Of a DNA stretch of 64,000 bases, positions 14,739-30,199 are shown piece by piece. Origin of the DNA: the human T2T-CHM13v2.0 reference genome, Homo sapiens. The notes beneath the pieces were generated by a model that had not been told where the DNA came from, did not search any database, and was given only the letters and a program-made list of their open reading frames with translations. The DNA lies in assembly GCF_009914755.1 (NCBI RefSeq), contig NC_060926.1. One strand, written 5' to 3'. A program made the translations under genes and the position numbers. Within the stretch, counting starts at the first letter, position 1. Each line of letters opens with the position of its first letter.

Positions 14739-15216
<478 letters not shown>

Positions 15217-15363
15217 TTAGACCTCAAACGAATCATTGGCTATAACCTCCAGCCTCCTGCCCAGCACAGGAATCGGTGGTCTCCACCTGTCATTCTAGAA
15301 ACAGGAAACACCGTGTTTTCTGACACAGTCAATTCTGATTTTCTTTTTCTTTTGCAAGTCTAA

Positions 15364-16057
<694 letters not shown>

Positions 16058-16441
16058 GGGGACCAGGTGCATTTTAAGGTTCCTTGGTGTTCAAAAACCA
16101 CGTTCTTAGCCTAGATTGAGCTTAGATTGCCTCTCTAGACAACTACCCCTTAGTTATAATTCTGTGTCCCCTCTGCATGCCCTTAAACATTGGACAGTGA
16201 GGTCACAGTCCACCCACCCTCTCTCTGATCTCCCCCTTCCTAAGACTTCTCTTTTGCACATCTAGTGAGGTGAAAATTTGGTCTATGCCAGGCCCATTTC
16301 CTGCTTTTGTGTAAGGAAGGTGCTCACATAGGAAGTTTTTATTTGGTTAGAGACAGGTTTCCCTGTAGGAAGATGATGGCTCATTTACACTCAGCTGCTC
16401 TGCAAGCAGAAACTTTACAACCTGATGTCATATTCCATTTT

Positions 16442-16733
16442 GGACTGGGTGCGGTGACTCATGCCTGTAATCCCAGTACTCTGGGAAGCCAAGGCAGGCA
16501 GATCACTTGAGGTCAGGAGTTCGAGACCAGCCTGGCCAATACGGCAAAACCTCATCATTACTAAAAACACAAAAATTAGCCAGGTGTGGCGGCGAGCACC
16601 TGTAATCCCAGCTACTCGGGAGGCTGAGACAGGAGAATCTCTTGAATCCAGGAGGCAGAGGCTGTGGTGAGCCAAGATGACACAACTGCACTCCAGCTTG
16701 GGCAACAGGGCGAGACCTTGTTTAAAAAAAAAA
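16442..16733 (+). mobile_element. Sense AluS in the CASP10 3' UTR
   Basis: Alu consensus with A tail. Confidence 0.92.
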
Positions 16734-17617
16734 TTCAATATTGGGGTTGGAACATTTCAGTTGCCATTGACAGAACACCCAATTCAAATTGACTGAAGCA
16801 AAGAAGGGAATTTATTGCCTCTTTCACATTGAAACCCAGGAGTGGATAACACTGGCTTCAGGCAAAGCTTGAATCAGGACTCAATCTACAGGCCAGCACC
16901 TTTCTCTTGGCCGGATGTCCTCAGGGCTGGCAGATGCAGTAGACTGCAGTGGACAGTCCCCACCTTGTTACTGCTACTACACTTTGCTCCTCTGGCCCAA
17001 GGCATGAGGAGAGAGGCTGTGTCAGAAACTGAAGCTGTTCTCAGGATCACTGGGCTCTTCTTGGCAGAGGGGATGTCTGGCTTGCCTGAAGGGAGTGGCT
17101 CTGTAAGGACGCCTTGATGCTTTCTTCATTAAGATTTTGAGCATTTTTACGTACTTGAGCTTTTTTTTTTTTTTTTTTCAATTTCTAGAGGAACTTTTTC
17201 TCTGTTAATTCCTGGAACTGTATTTTGAATCCTTAAAGGTGAGCCCTCATAGGGAGATCCAAAGTCCTGTGGTTAACGCCTTCATTTATAGATGAGGCAG
17301 CTGAGGCCTGGGGATGTGAACAACCTGCTCACAGTCCTCATTTACTGGATTTGACTTCAGCCAGGTGAACTGGAATGCCTTGGGGCGTGGAAGGGCATTA
17401 GGAGTGTTTCATTTGATATGTGAATGCTCATAAAAAAATGTCAAGGAATGAAGAACAACAACTCTCAGTGGTGCCTGCATTTATAATTATTTATGTGAAA
17501 GTCAAATTCATGTACAGTAAATTTGTTATAAGAATATTCACAAGAACACTGTTCTGATATCTCTGATTGTCATGTGGATTTGAATGTAGCTTGACAGAGG
17601 GAATGTCTAATCTATAT

Positions 17618-18194
17618 TGACAGGGCAGGAACACCGTCATCTTAGACAAACACCGCCACTTTAAGTTCCAGTTCCCTTTCTAGCCTCATGCATTTCAAGG
17701 AAATCACTTCTTTTCTAACAGCGAGCAGCCAGAAAGAGAAGAGAGTAAAATACAGATAAGACAGCTCTGGCATAGAGGGAGGTGGGGGGTGGGGGAAGTC
17801 TCTTGGGTAACTGCCAAACTTTGCCTTCATACAATGGGTTCCAGGAAAACAATGAGCCTTAATAAGCACATTCCTTTCCCTTCAGGTGCACTAAGTGGGG
17901 AAGCTAAAAGCAGACTGGAGGGGGGTGGGGTGTACCTACAGCTGCAGAAATATTGTATGGGAACGGACACACAACTCTCCCTCCCAGATAAGCACAGCAA
18001 AGAGACATAGAAGCAATCCAAGCCTCTGATAAACTCTCCCACCCTAAATCCTTAAAAACTCTTAGTCTGTAAGTGAGTGGGCTCTGACCTAACTCGGCCA
18101 GAAGCCCCTTTCAAATTTGTTTTCTCTAAAATAAACCTGTCCTTGGCTGTCAAGCCACCTTTCATGTTTCTTTCCTCTTTCTTTAATTCTTACA
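17618..18194 (+). mobile_element. ERV1-class solo LTR (MER50-like; subfamily tentative)
   Basis: TG...CA termini (tgacagggcaggaacaccgtcatc ... taattcttaca); AATAAA 18130-18135. No clean TSD. Confidence 0.7.
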
Positions 18195-18757
18195 CATGTG
18201 TCAGGATGATCTCCCAAAACCGTGTTCATAACAGTCAGGGCCAAAAGCTAGTGGTCACAGTCCTTGTCCAGTTGGCAGAACTGACATGTGAAGGCAAGTG
18301 AAGGATGGTGAGATACTGAGGAAAGAGCAAAGGATCTGGAGATCAAAGCCCTGCATTTCCATTTTGTCCTGATTCCTTTGCTCAGAGACACTAACTAAAT
18401 CAAGCTAGCTTTTTTCAGCCTTGTCTGTAAAGTAGAGAAAACATTAGCTGTTGGGAAGACGAAAAAGAATGTGTCCTATGTGTGCATCTATTTAAATCTA
18501 ACTGTGCTGAGGTGCATATAAATGCCTTTAGGTGGTAGGGTCTTCCGGTTGTAACTGCAACAGAAATAGCAGGACTTAAGTTCCTTTGTGCGTAATTCCA
18601 GCTGACTTTATTAGCGGCAACTCAGCACTAGCATTACCCCTGACATACTCTGAGTAAGATCTAATTCTTCCCTCACTGGTTCGTGATGTCTACCGCAGCA
18701 GAAGGCCAGCTCTTGACTCTGAGTTCAGTTGGACAAAATGCTGTTGATAAAACCTCC

Positions 18758-19157
18758 TGTCAGGCCTCTGAGCCCAAGCTAAGCCATCATATCCCTTGTG
18801 ACCTGCACATATATATCCAGATGGCCTGAAGTAACTGAAGAATCACAAAAGAAGTGAAAATGGCCTGTTCCTGCCTTAACTGATGACATTACCTTGTGAA
18901 ATTCCTTCTCCTGGCTCATCCTGGCTCAAAAGCTCCCCCAGTGAGCACCTTGTGACCCCCATCCCTGCCAGCCAGAGAACAACCCCCTTTGACTGTAATT
19001 TTCCACTACTTACCCAAATCCTATAAAACGGCCCCACCCCTATCTCCCTTCACTGACTTTCTTTTCGGACTCAGCCCACCTGCACCCAGGTGATTAAAAA
19101 GCTTTATTGCTCACACAAAGCCTGTTTGGTTGTCTCTTCACAAGGACGCGAGTGAAA
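18758..19157 (+). mobile_element. HERV-H solo LTR (LTR7 family), 400 bp, 5-bp TSD CCTCC
   Basis: Starts tgtcaggcctctgagcccaagctaagcc, ends ggacgcgagtgaaa; TATA (ctataaaa 19021); ATTAAA 19093. CCTCC at 18753-18757 and 19158-19162. Confidence 0.93.
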
Positions 19158-21379
19158 CCTCCTTCATCAGGAGCATTTGGGGTTTGATGTTTAAGTTTTG
19201 GGCCTCTGGTGTATTTCATATTTCTGTTTTGCTAGAACTTAGTGCTTGTGCAAGGTTAAATTCTAGAATCAGGAAACGTTGTTTTTAGGGGCCTTCAGCA
19301 AGCACTTCGGAGGTCCCTGGACGTTTACAGCTGTGAGTCGTGGATCTACCCAGACATCAGAACATAGTCATCCTTGGCTCATTCCTCCTCCGTAGGAGGG
19401 GTACACAGTTGGTAGAGTGTGCCCTCCAAGATTTCGTGAAACATTATGCTTGTCTGTATTTGTGTGTGCATGTCTGCGTGAATTTTGAGTTCAGGAATAA
19501 CAGGTGATTTGATCACAGCTATTTGACAGTGGTGATAGTCATTGTATGCCAAGATGTTTATGAGGGGAATAGGTAGATTGAGTGAGGTTCATGTATATTT
19601 TGCCTAGTTGTACTCACCTACAAGAGCTGTAATTAAATGTTTCTCTCTTTCCCCTTCCTCTCTTTTATTCATTCTTTTTTTTTTTTTTTTTGACAAAGTC
19701 TCGCTCTCTCACCCAGGCTAGAGTGTAGTGGTGTGATCTTGGCTTACTGCAACCTTCGTCTCCTGGGTTCAAGCGATTCTCCTGCCTCCGCCTCCTGAGT
19801 AGCTGGGATTACAGGTGTGCACCACCATGCCTGGCTAATTTTCATATTTCTAGTAGAAACAGGGTTTTGCCATTTTGGCCAGGCTGGTCTCGAACTCCTG
19901 ACCTCAAGTGATCTGCCCACTTTGGCCTCCCAATGGAATGAACCATTGTGTCTGGCCTCATTCATTCTTTCTTTCATAAAAGTTTGGATACTGCCAAACA
20001 AAATTAAAGACATGAAGACATTTGATAAATTGTTATTACAAATGTGACAGTTATTTAACTACTGGTGTTTATTTTTATTAGAGTCATAGCACCTACTGGC
20101 CTCTGCTTCAGGGATTCACAATGGTGTTGGGCAGGTTGGATATCATGGGGCTTACCCTTAGCAAGGCATTCTATTCCACCTATGCCCAGGCGGTGTAAAA
20201 CATATAAGCATCTGGTACGCTGTGGTACCGACCCAGTGACTGGTATAACACAATGGTTAAGGTTGCCAAATAGCAACCCTTAATCAATAATGATCAAATC
20301 TCCACGGAGGTAAACTAAACTAGAAGTTTACCTCATACAGGTAATTTTTGTGCCATACATGATTCACAGAACCTTCCAGATCTGATGCTTTCTGAGTGAT
20401 CTGGTCAATTTGTTCTCAACCTGGAATTCTTGGGCCCTTAGGTGTTTGTAAATTTGTTCTCAGAGACTCTGAGCTCTCCACCTTCATTTTTAAGTGCTTT
20501 AATTCTTTTTGGTGATAATCTTTAAAACTTCACAGAGGTGTGTCCTGGCTCTTTGGGGCGACTGCTTCATATTTGAGTACTGCCACACAATGACAGCTCA
20601 TGTTCTGGGGCCTGCCTACAGAAAGGGATGAACTTTATCTTGGACCTTTTAATGTAGTGTGGATGGGCGTCTGTAGCTGGAGGTCTTCAGGTGCCAGTGG
20701 TTAATCTGTTTGAAGCTTGCTTCACTCCAACCTCTCATTCTGTAACAGACTCCTCCTCCACCGTCCCTCACCTCTGCTGAACCCTTCTAGCAGAGGGAAC
20801 TCACCACAAGTGGGGGATGGATTTGGGAGCTTGAAAGGACCCCAATGACCCTGCAGTCCAGCCCTCAAAGTGCTAAGTGACTTACTGAAGCCTCGAAGCC
20901 ATTTCTGGAGGATTTGCAATTCTTTGTATCTCTGGATTTGCTGCCCTGTCCCTCCAAGCCACCTGGTTTCACTTTTGGACAGCTTTAAGTGTTCTCTTCT
21001 CTGTTCTCTGTTTCTGCCTTCTTAGAAACTATTTAAAACCACTCATTTTCATTCTAAACTCCGGAGCCATACCAAACAACTGTAACTGTCCTCTGGTGAG
21101 ATTTGCGTTGTATGTGACAAATCTTTTAACTTTTTTCTGTTAGGGTTTCAGTTTTGTTGGAAGTCTGCAGTTTGCTCTTAAGGATGTGATAAGAATGTAA
21201 CAACACATTTGTATCTTTGAATTTTGAATAGGAACCAAATTTTTAAATTTAGTTTAGTTTTGTTTTGTTTGAGACAGAGTCTCACTGTGTCACCCAGGCT
21301 GGAGTACAGTGATATCATCTTGGCTAACTGCAGCCTCTGCCTCCTGTGCTCAACTGATCCTCCCACCTGAACCTCCTGA

Positions 21380-21631
<252 letters not shown>

Positions 21632-21648
21632 TAGCCAGGATGGTCTCA

Positions 21649-21750
<102 letters not shown>

Positions 21751-23306
21751 TTAGAAAAAAAATGAAATCCCTTTTAAAAAGCACTAGAGGAAATTCTGTG
21801 TTTAAAGATTTACTTATTTGGCAATGCAAACAACTGTTTATTTCCTAACATAACTTTTGCAAATCTGAATTTTTATGAAAAGATTTTTAAATTAAAAATT
21901 TTAAATTGTACTAATTTTTACTTTTTAAGTAATTTTGAGTAGGTAATATTTTTATAAAGATATTTGTATGGTTTGAAGATAAGAAAATTAAAGGTGTTCA
22001 AGAAGAGTTTTGCCCCCAGTTCTGTCCACTGTATACCCAGTCCTCCCCACTTCTGCATACATATTTCAGACAGGTATTTCTTGGAAGAAAGAACATATGC
22101 TGTGAAACTTACATGTCTCAGTAGGTCTCATTTTAAGTGATTCTGTAAAATGCCTGGGAAATACTGGTGAAATTCTAGAATGGAAATAACTTTGTGAGAT
22201 TTTGAGCTGAGTACTGGTAAATAGTAGAAATGGACTTACTAATAAATAAGGGAATTTTATTTGATAACTTTTTTCTGATTACATAGTAATGTATGTTCAT
22301 TATGGAATATTTGGGAAATACAAAAACACACCAAGAAAAAAGTATATTTATTTATAATTCTATTTTGCTATGTATTTTCCCATTATTCACTCTGTGTTTG
22401 TCACAGATTTTTCCCCACCCTTTTTCAATGAGTGTATCCTCCATGTCCCCCCAATCATGCATCCAGTAAACTTTGTCATTACTACCATCTGTACTTTCAC
22501 TCACGTTTCAATTCCAAGCATGTCCCTCTCTGACAACCACCTCCCATCATTCCATCTTGCTTCTTCTAGGACCTTCCCTTCAAGGATCTTCAGTGCCACC
22601 AGGGCTTCCAGTTAGGTTGACTGACCCTATCTATTGTCTTCCCGATGTCAGCACCGCCCCTCACTCCCTCTTCATTCAGCTTAGAGTCCATGTGTCTTTG
22701 TTAAAGTCTCCTGTACCCACCAACACCCTTGCCTTTCTGTCAGTTCCACTGAGGTGGTAGAATCCCAACTCTGGTTAATCCTATAAATCCTTGTCCTCCA
22801 AATTTGTACTGGAATTCCAGGATGTGGCTGGGGTAAAAACCTTCCATGTTGCAGACAGGTCTCGTTTCAAACCAATGACCACAAACCTCCAATGGGCTTT
22901 CAGGGGTTTCGGCAATGCTGTGACATTTCCCTGGTTATATCACCCTTTTGCACTCTCGGTCTGTTTTACTAATCATCGAATTCTCTATGATCTCAACCTA
23001 AAAGGTTAGAGATATTTCCTGAGAAGCCCCACCTTTTCTCTTGATAACCCACTATGGAGCTGTCATTTGTGAATTTAAGAAGAAACACTTGCCTCTTGAC
23101 TATTTTAAAACATCAAAAACAACATTTAAAAATTGAAGGATGAGGCCGGGGTGTGGTGGCTCGCGCCTGTAATCCCAGAACTTTGGGAGGCCGAGGCAGG
23201 CGGATCACCTGAGGTCAGGAGTTCAAGACCAGCCTGGCCAACTTGGTGAAACCTGTCTGTACTAAAAAAAATTAGCTGGGCATGGTGGCGCACACCTGTG
23301 ATCCTA

Positions 23307-23534
<228 letters not shown>

Positions 23535-24271
23535 CTATAAATCCATAAAATATTAAACAATCCAACCTAGATGGGCAAAAATATAAACTAGTTCAAAGAT
23601 GAGCAAAAAATATGAACCAGTAATTAAAAGGAAATACCAATGAGCAATAAATATATGAAAACATAACCATTCTCTTTGGTCATCAGAGAATTTGAAAAAT
23701 ACAGCCACAGTGAGATAGCATTTTATGTCCATCATATTATCAACATTTAAAACTCTGTCAGTACCAAGTGTGGGTGAAGATACAGAGCAAAGGGAACTCT
23801 ATTACATCGATCTAGGAAATGTAAATTGACACAATCATTTTAGAGAGCAATTTGCAATATTTATAAATGTTGGAAATTTGCACACAGTAAAATCTAGCAA
23901 TTCCATTTTTGGATCTATGTCCCAAAATAAACTTAAAAACATTGTTTTGTAGAGACAGGGTCTTGTTATGTTGTGCAGGAAGGTCTTGAACTCCTGGCCT
24001 CAAGCAATCTTCCTGCCTCAGCCTCCCAAAGTATTGAAATTATAGGCGTGAGCCACCACGCCTGGCCCCAAAAGAAATCTTGCACAGGTACCAGGAGATA
24101 AGGAGGAAGTGTTAGTTTTCTGAGCAGCATTGTTTGTAAAAGTACAAAAAAAAAAAATGAAAAGAAGCAACACAAACAATCTATATATTCATCAAGAGGA
24201 GGATAGATAAATTGTGGTATAGTCATATAAAGGAATACTATCAAGTAGTGAAATAAAATCAATTAGAATTA

Positions 24272-24350
24272 TTAGGCTGAACCATATGAAATTGCCATTC
24301 TTCTAGATCAGAAACAACCAAATATTGGCAATTTCATACAGTTTAAATAT
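24272..24350. mobile_element. MADE2-like mariner MITE (~80 bp imperfect palindrome)
   Basis: ttaggctgaaccatatgaaattgcc ... ggcaatttcatacagtttaa terminal inverted repeats. Confidence 0.75.
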
Positions 24351-25000
24351 ATGTATCAGTAACATAATGCTGAGCAAATAATATATATAATATGATATGA
24401 TTTATATAATGTTAAAATACACATAAGAGTCTTTTATGTTGCTTATAAATTAATATGTATATTGTACAAATATACAGATGCATGGGGGTGATGAGAAGTT
24501 TAGAGTAGTAGTTGCCTGGGATGGGATTGGGTCTTGGGGGGACAGGGGGGAACATGCCAATGGGGAGGAATTACAGGGGCTTCAAATGCATCAGTCATGT
24601 TTTATATCTTCAACTGAGTGCTAGATGTGGGGATATTCTCTTTTCTCTTTAATCCTTTTTGCGTCTCAGTGCTGATTAATGGAATTTAGCCACCAGATCG
24701 GGTGATTTTTTGGCTTGTTGAATAGTTGGCCAGGTTTGCAGGGAAGCTTTGCCCTCTTGGGCAGAGTATGTTTTTCCAATCTAGTAACTGTCTGTTTTTG
24801 GTGGTGATTTCTGTGGCTGTAATTAATATGATCAGTGTTGCCAAAGCAAGGATAAGGGGTATTGACTCACTTTTTATTGCCCTGAGCCATCCCTGTTGCA
24901 AAATAATGATCTGGATATAATCTCCAGACCAGGAAGCAAGCTGCAGATGGGAAACTCCCTTATGACACTTCTGAAGATCCCAAACAGTTTCTTTTTTTAA

Positions 25001-25220
<220 letters not shown>

Positions 25221-26388
25221 TAGCCAGGATGGTGTTGATCTTCTGACCTTGTGATCCGCCCGTCTCGGTCTCCCAAAGTGCTGGGATTACAGGCGTGAGC
25301 CACCGCGCCCGGCCCCCAAACCGGTTTCTAACAAATAAGTGTTAAGTCAAGGGGTTCCTCTACAGAATCAGTCATCTTCACCATGACACCCACAACGCCC
25401 AAATTGCTGCTGGCATTCCTCCACTCTGAATGCACAATTAGAAGCTCAGCACTCTATTGGATAAGGCTGCTATTTCACCATTTGAAGAACCTTCAAAAAG
25501 GTCTTTAGAGACAGGGCATGGTGGCTCACACCTGTAATCCCAGCACTTTGGAAGGCCAAGGCAGGCATATCACTTGAGGCCAGGAGTATGAGACCAGCCT
25601 GGCCAACATGGTGAAACCCTGTCTGTACTAAAAATGCAAAAATTAGCCGGGTGTGGTGATGTACACCTGTAGTCCCAGCTACTCAGTGGCCGAGGCACAA
25701 GAATTGCTCGAACCTGAGAGGTGGAGGTTGCAGTAAGCTGAGATCGTGCCAGTGACACTACATTCCAACCTAGGTGACACAGCGAGACTCCCTGTAAAAA
25801 AAAAATTCCTTAGAAACTTCAGAAGGATCCTTCCACTAGGGCAGAAGGGATGAGAGAGTAAGAATCTTCACCCCTACCACTCATGCCTTTCTGAAGGCTC
25901 AGTCTGGCCACACTGCAAGGGCACAGTGAGCCAGTTTTGGCCTGGGGCTTCTTGCTGCTGCCAAATTAACAACTCCAGCCCTTGGGTTTAGCCACCTGCT
26001 GCTGCTAAAAATGTTGCTGAGAGTGATGGAGAGGTGTTTTAGTTCCCATTTTACAGACCAGAAAATCAAGGCCCAGAGAAACTAAGTAGTCTTGGAGATA
26101 GGAGCCATGGCCTCTCCACTTGAGTTACCATCTTGAAACATCAAGGACAAGCCAACTTTATCAACAGTTTTAGGCCTGTGAGAAATGGGCTTGGTTTATC
26201 TTGAAGATTGTAAACAAATAAAAAAATAGACTGCTCCATTACTGATGAGAAATATGAGTCATTCTGCCAGGAATTGAAAGTACAGCTGCCCATAAAAAAG
26301 CTATGCCGGGGTCCAGCCTCTCCAGGTCCTTGTGTGTGAAAAACCACTCAGTCAAAGTTCCCCTTTTATTTCTCTTTGTGCTCAGTAG

Positions 26389-26539
26389 GATGCTGAAATT
26401 TCTGGAAAAGACAATGGAAATCAGGGGCAGGAAGAGAACAGTGTGGGGTGCTAAACAGATCTCAGCAACCTCCCTGCCCACGGCCATCTCTGCGCAGACA
26501 CCTCGACCCCCCATGCGCAGGTGGAGCAGCGTTTCCTAG
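26389..26539 (+). CDS. CASP10: Caspase-10 distal alternative terminal exon (MLKFLEKTMEIRGRKRTVWGAKQISATSLPTAISAQTPRPPMRRWSSVS*; caspase-10b/FLICE2-type C-terminus)
   Basis: Pyrimidine tract + cagtag| acceptor; AG|G ATG continues ...VPR-MLKF. Matches the recalled 521-aa isoform C-terminus. Confidence 0.88.
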
Positions 26540-27145
26540 TTCTTTCCAGAGGCTTCCTTCTGCCTGCCTTCCAGCCACATCGCCTGAGATTGACAACGCC
26601 CTACAGCAAGACGGAAACCTCCCTTTACAGCACCACCTTGCGATTCTGCAGCCACAAAGTTGAGACTTCTGAACGTGGCACTCTTCTGTTCCCTTACTGT
26701 TTCACGTGTACCTGTGTCATCTTTCTTGTTTCATCGTAAACATACTTCTAAAATTCCCATTTTCTTTATTTAGAAATAGAACTACAAGCGGATGGTTAAA
26801 CAATTTAAACAAATGGTCCATGGGGAAAAGTGAATTTCACACTGTCCCCCAAACTTTCAGTGCCTTTTATGGAGATAATTATTGTTTCTAATGTTTTGAA
26901 TATTCTTTCAGAGATATTTTATTCTTATATAAGCATATGTGTATTTGTGTCCTTCCCTCATTTTCCCCCCACAAACACTAGCAGACTGTTTTGCACCTTG
27001 GTTAGCTCATTTAACATATCTTGGAGCCAGGTGCGGTGGCTCATGCCTGTAATCCCAGCACTTTGGGAGGCCGAGGTGGGCGGATCACCTGAGGTCGGGA
27101 GTTCGAGACCAGCCTGACCAACGTGGAGAAACCCCGTCTCTACTA

Positions 27146-27384
<239 letters not shown>

Positions 27385-27440
27385 TTAGGGATCACAAACT
27401 TCATAAGGGCAGAAACAATATCTTACCCATCCTCTGTTTC

Positions 27441-27845
27441 TGATATGGTTTGGATGTGTGTCCCTGCCCAAATCACACGTCAAGGTAATCCCCCATGTCA
27501 GAGGTGGGGCCTGGTGGAGGTGATTGGATCATGGGGATGGATCCTTCATGAATGGGTTAGCACCATCCCTTTGGTGCTGTTCTTGTGATAGAGCTCTCAT
27601 GAGATCTGGTTGTTTAAATGTGTGTGGCACCTCCCCACTCTCTTGGTCAAGTTCCTGCCATGTAAGATGCTTGCCCTTGCTTTGCCTTCTGCCATGAATA
27701 AAAGCTCTCTGAGGCTTCCCCAGAAGCAGATGCCACTATGCTTCCTGTACAGCCTGTGGAACTGTGAGCCAATTAAGCCTCTTTTCCTTATGAATTATCC
27801 AGTCTTAGGTATTTCTTTGTAACAGTGTGAGGATGAGCTAATACA
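27441..27845 (+). mobile_element. MST-family (MaLR) solo LTR with 5-bp TSD GTTTC
   Basis: tgatatggtttggatgtgtgtccc ... ctaataca; GTTTC at 27436-27440 and 27846-27850. Confidence 0.88.
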
Positions 27846-28179
27846 GTTTCCTACACTGTAACCTAAGGCAATGCTTTGCACAAAGGGATGAACCAGATTG
27901 CTTAGTAATTAAAACACAAATACAAACCACAAGCATATCCATTCATGAATTGGGGGACAGCTTTTATTTGATTCTGAGTTCTGATACCTGCTGCTTTGCT
28001 TTGTTAAAAATGTGCTAGTTCTCATTCAGCTTCCTATCAGTCATATCACCAACCAACATGTATAACATGTACAATCTGCCAGGTCAGGAGGAAACTTATG
28101 GATACAAGAAATGTCCCTCCCTTCTAGGAAATGATAATCTGCTTTGGGAGAGAAGGCAGGTACTTTTTGGCAAAAGTGA

Positions 28180-28410
<231 letters not shown>

Positions 28411-30199
28411 TAGCCAGGATGGTCTCGATCTCCTGACCTTGTGATCCGCCTGCTTCGGCCTCCCAAAGTGCTGGGATTACAAACATGAGCCACTGCACCA
28501 GGCGAAAAGATGGATTTTTTAAAAAAGGTGTTAGGATAATCAGGTCCCCACCTGCAAGAAAGTAAAGTTAGAAGCCCACCTCAGACCATGCATACCAGCA
28601 CAAAAATGTCAAATGGCTTAAAGATATAAATGTTAAAACAAGTCTAGAAAGGTATTAAAAGAAAATATAGAAAATACAGCACCAGCAAAAATTTCCCTAC
28701 ACAAGATGTAAAAGCCAGAAGTCATAAAGGAAAAGGTTGATAAATTAGAATAGATAAAAATGTAAAACTTTTGTATAATATAAGACACAAAGAATGAATT
28801 TAAAGACATACAATGAAGGTTAGGAAGATGAAGATGTTTTGGCGATGAGTGGTGGTTACACATCAGTATTAATGTACTTAATGTTACTGAACTGTACACT
28901 TAAAATGATGAAAATGGTAATTTTTATGTTATGTGTATTTCATCACATAAAAAAAGACATGAAATGAATCGGGGAAAATATTTGCTACATAACTAAGAAT
29001 GAAGGCCCTTAATAAAATCTGTAAAACTATACACACTTTTAGGAATGAATCAACAAATAATTTCTATGAATTAGAAAAAAGTGACAATCCAACTAAAAAA
29101 TGAATAAGGGATATAAGCAATGTGTTTCACAGAAAAAATAAAAATTGACAATGAAGTTATGAAAAAATGTTCAGTCTCCTTAGTAATTGCACAAAACAAA
29201 CTAAAACAATGAGACATTACCCCTAAGATTAGTAAATGTTAAAGAAAAATAATAATTGGTGAGGGTGTGGGGAAGTGGGCACTTACACCTATGTTTGGAA
29301 ATATAAATTGGTGCAACCTTATAGGGAGAGCAATCTCACAACATTTTCCAAAGACTTACATGCACAACCCTATGGCAGAGAAATTTATTCCTCTTCCAGG
29401 ATTTTTTTTCCTTCAAAAACAGTGATGTGGATGAAAAACACATGTTCACTACTGCACAGGGTATAACAGCTGAAAACTGGAAACGATAATACTCACATTC
29501 CCTTCAGTAGGGGAATGGTTAAATAAATTTTACAAGCCATCTGGTAGATACCAGGCATGAGCTAAAAGTTAGGGTCCAGTTAGAGATGGAAAGCACACCA
29601 GTAATTTGAAAGGGAAAATGTAATATGAAGAATTATTAACTAGTAAAAGAAGGCTAACTGCTAAAGGTACAAGAGCACTCAAGCTGTCTGCAGTCAGCAG
29701 GCCCCGGCTGGTGAGCAGGAAGCTGCCCGCTGGGAGGCTGCCAAAGTTCCCTGAAGGTGAGCACCACTGGTTCTACAAGCTGCTGGCAGTCATGGCGTTA
29801 AGAGCAGGAAGAGAAGCACCAGAACCCGGAAGAGAAATCCAGTCCTCTGCTAGGCCTTGCACCGTCCCTCTGGCGCCCTCTACTGACAAAGCCAGTAAAA
29901 TTGTGCCGCTAGCAAAGGAGATCTTTTTATGGGATGTAGCTTGGTGTCACCAAAGAGAACAGAGTGGACTTGGAGCTCAGATGCAACACAATGATTGATA
30001 CTGGCACAGTATACTTACCCTGCTTTTGTAAACAAAATGGTATATGTGATGTCTCTCTTTCTCTCTCTGTATATAAAACAATATTTGTTTCTACTTATTA
30101 TGTATTTATGTCTTTACTCTGCATGCCAGGAGCTAAGTATTTTGCATGTATTAACTCATTTTGTTCTCATAATAACCTTCACATGCAGGAATCATTATA

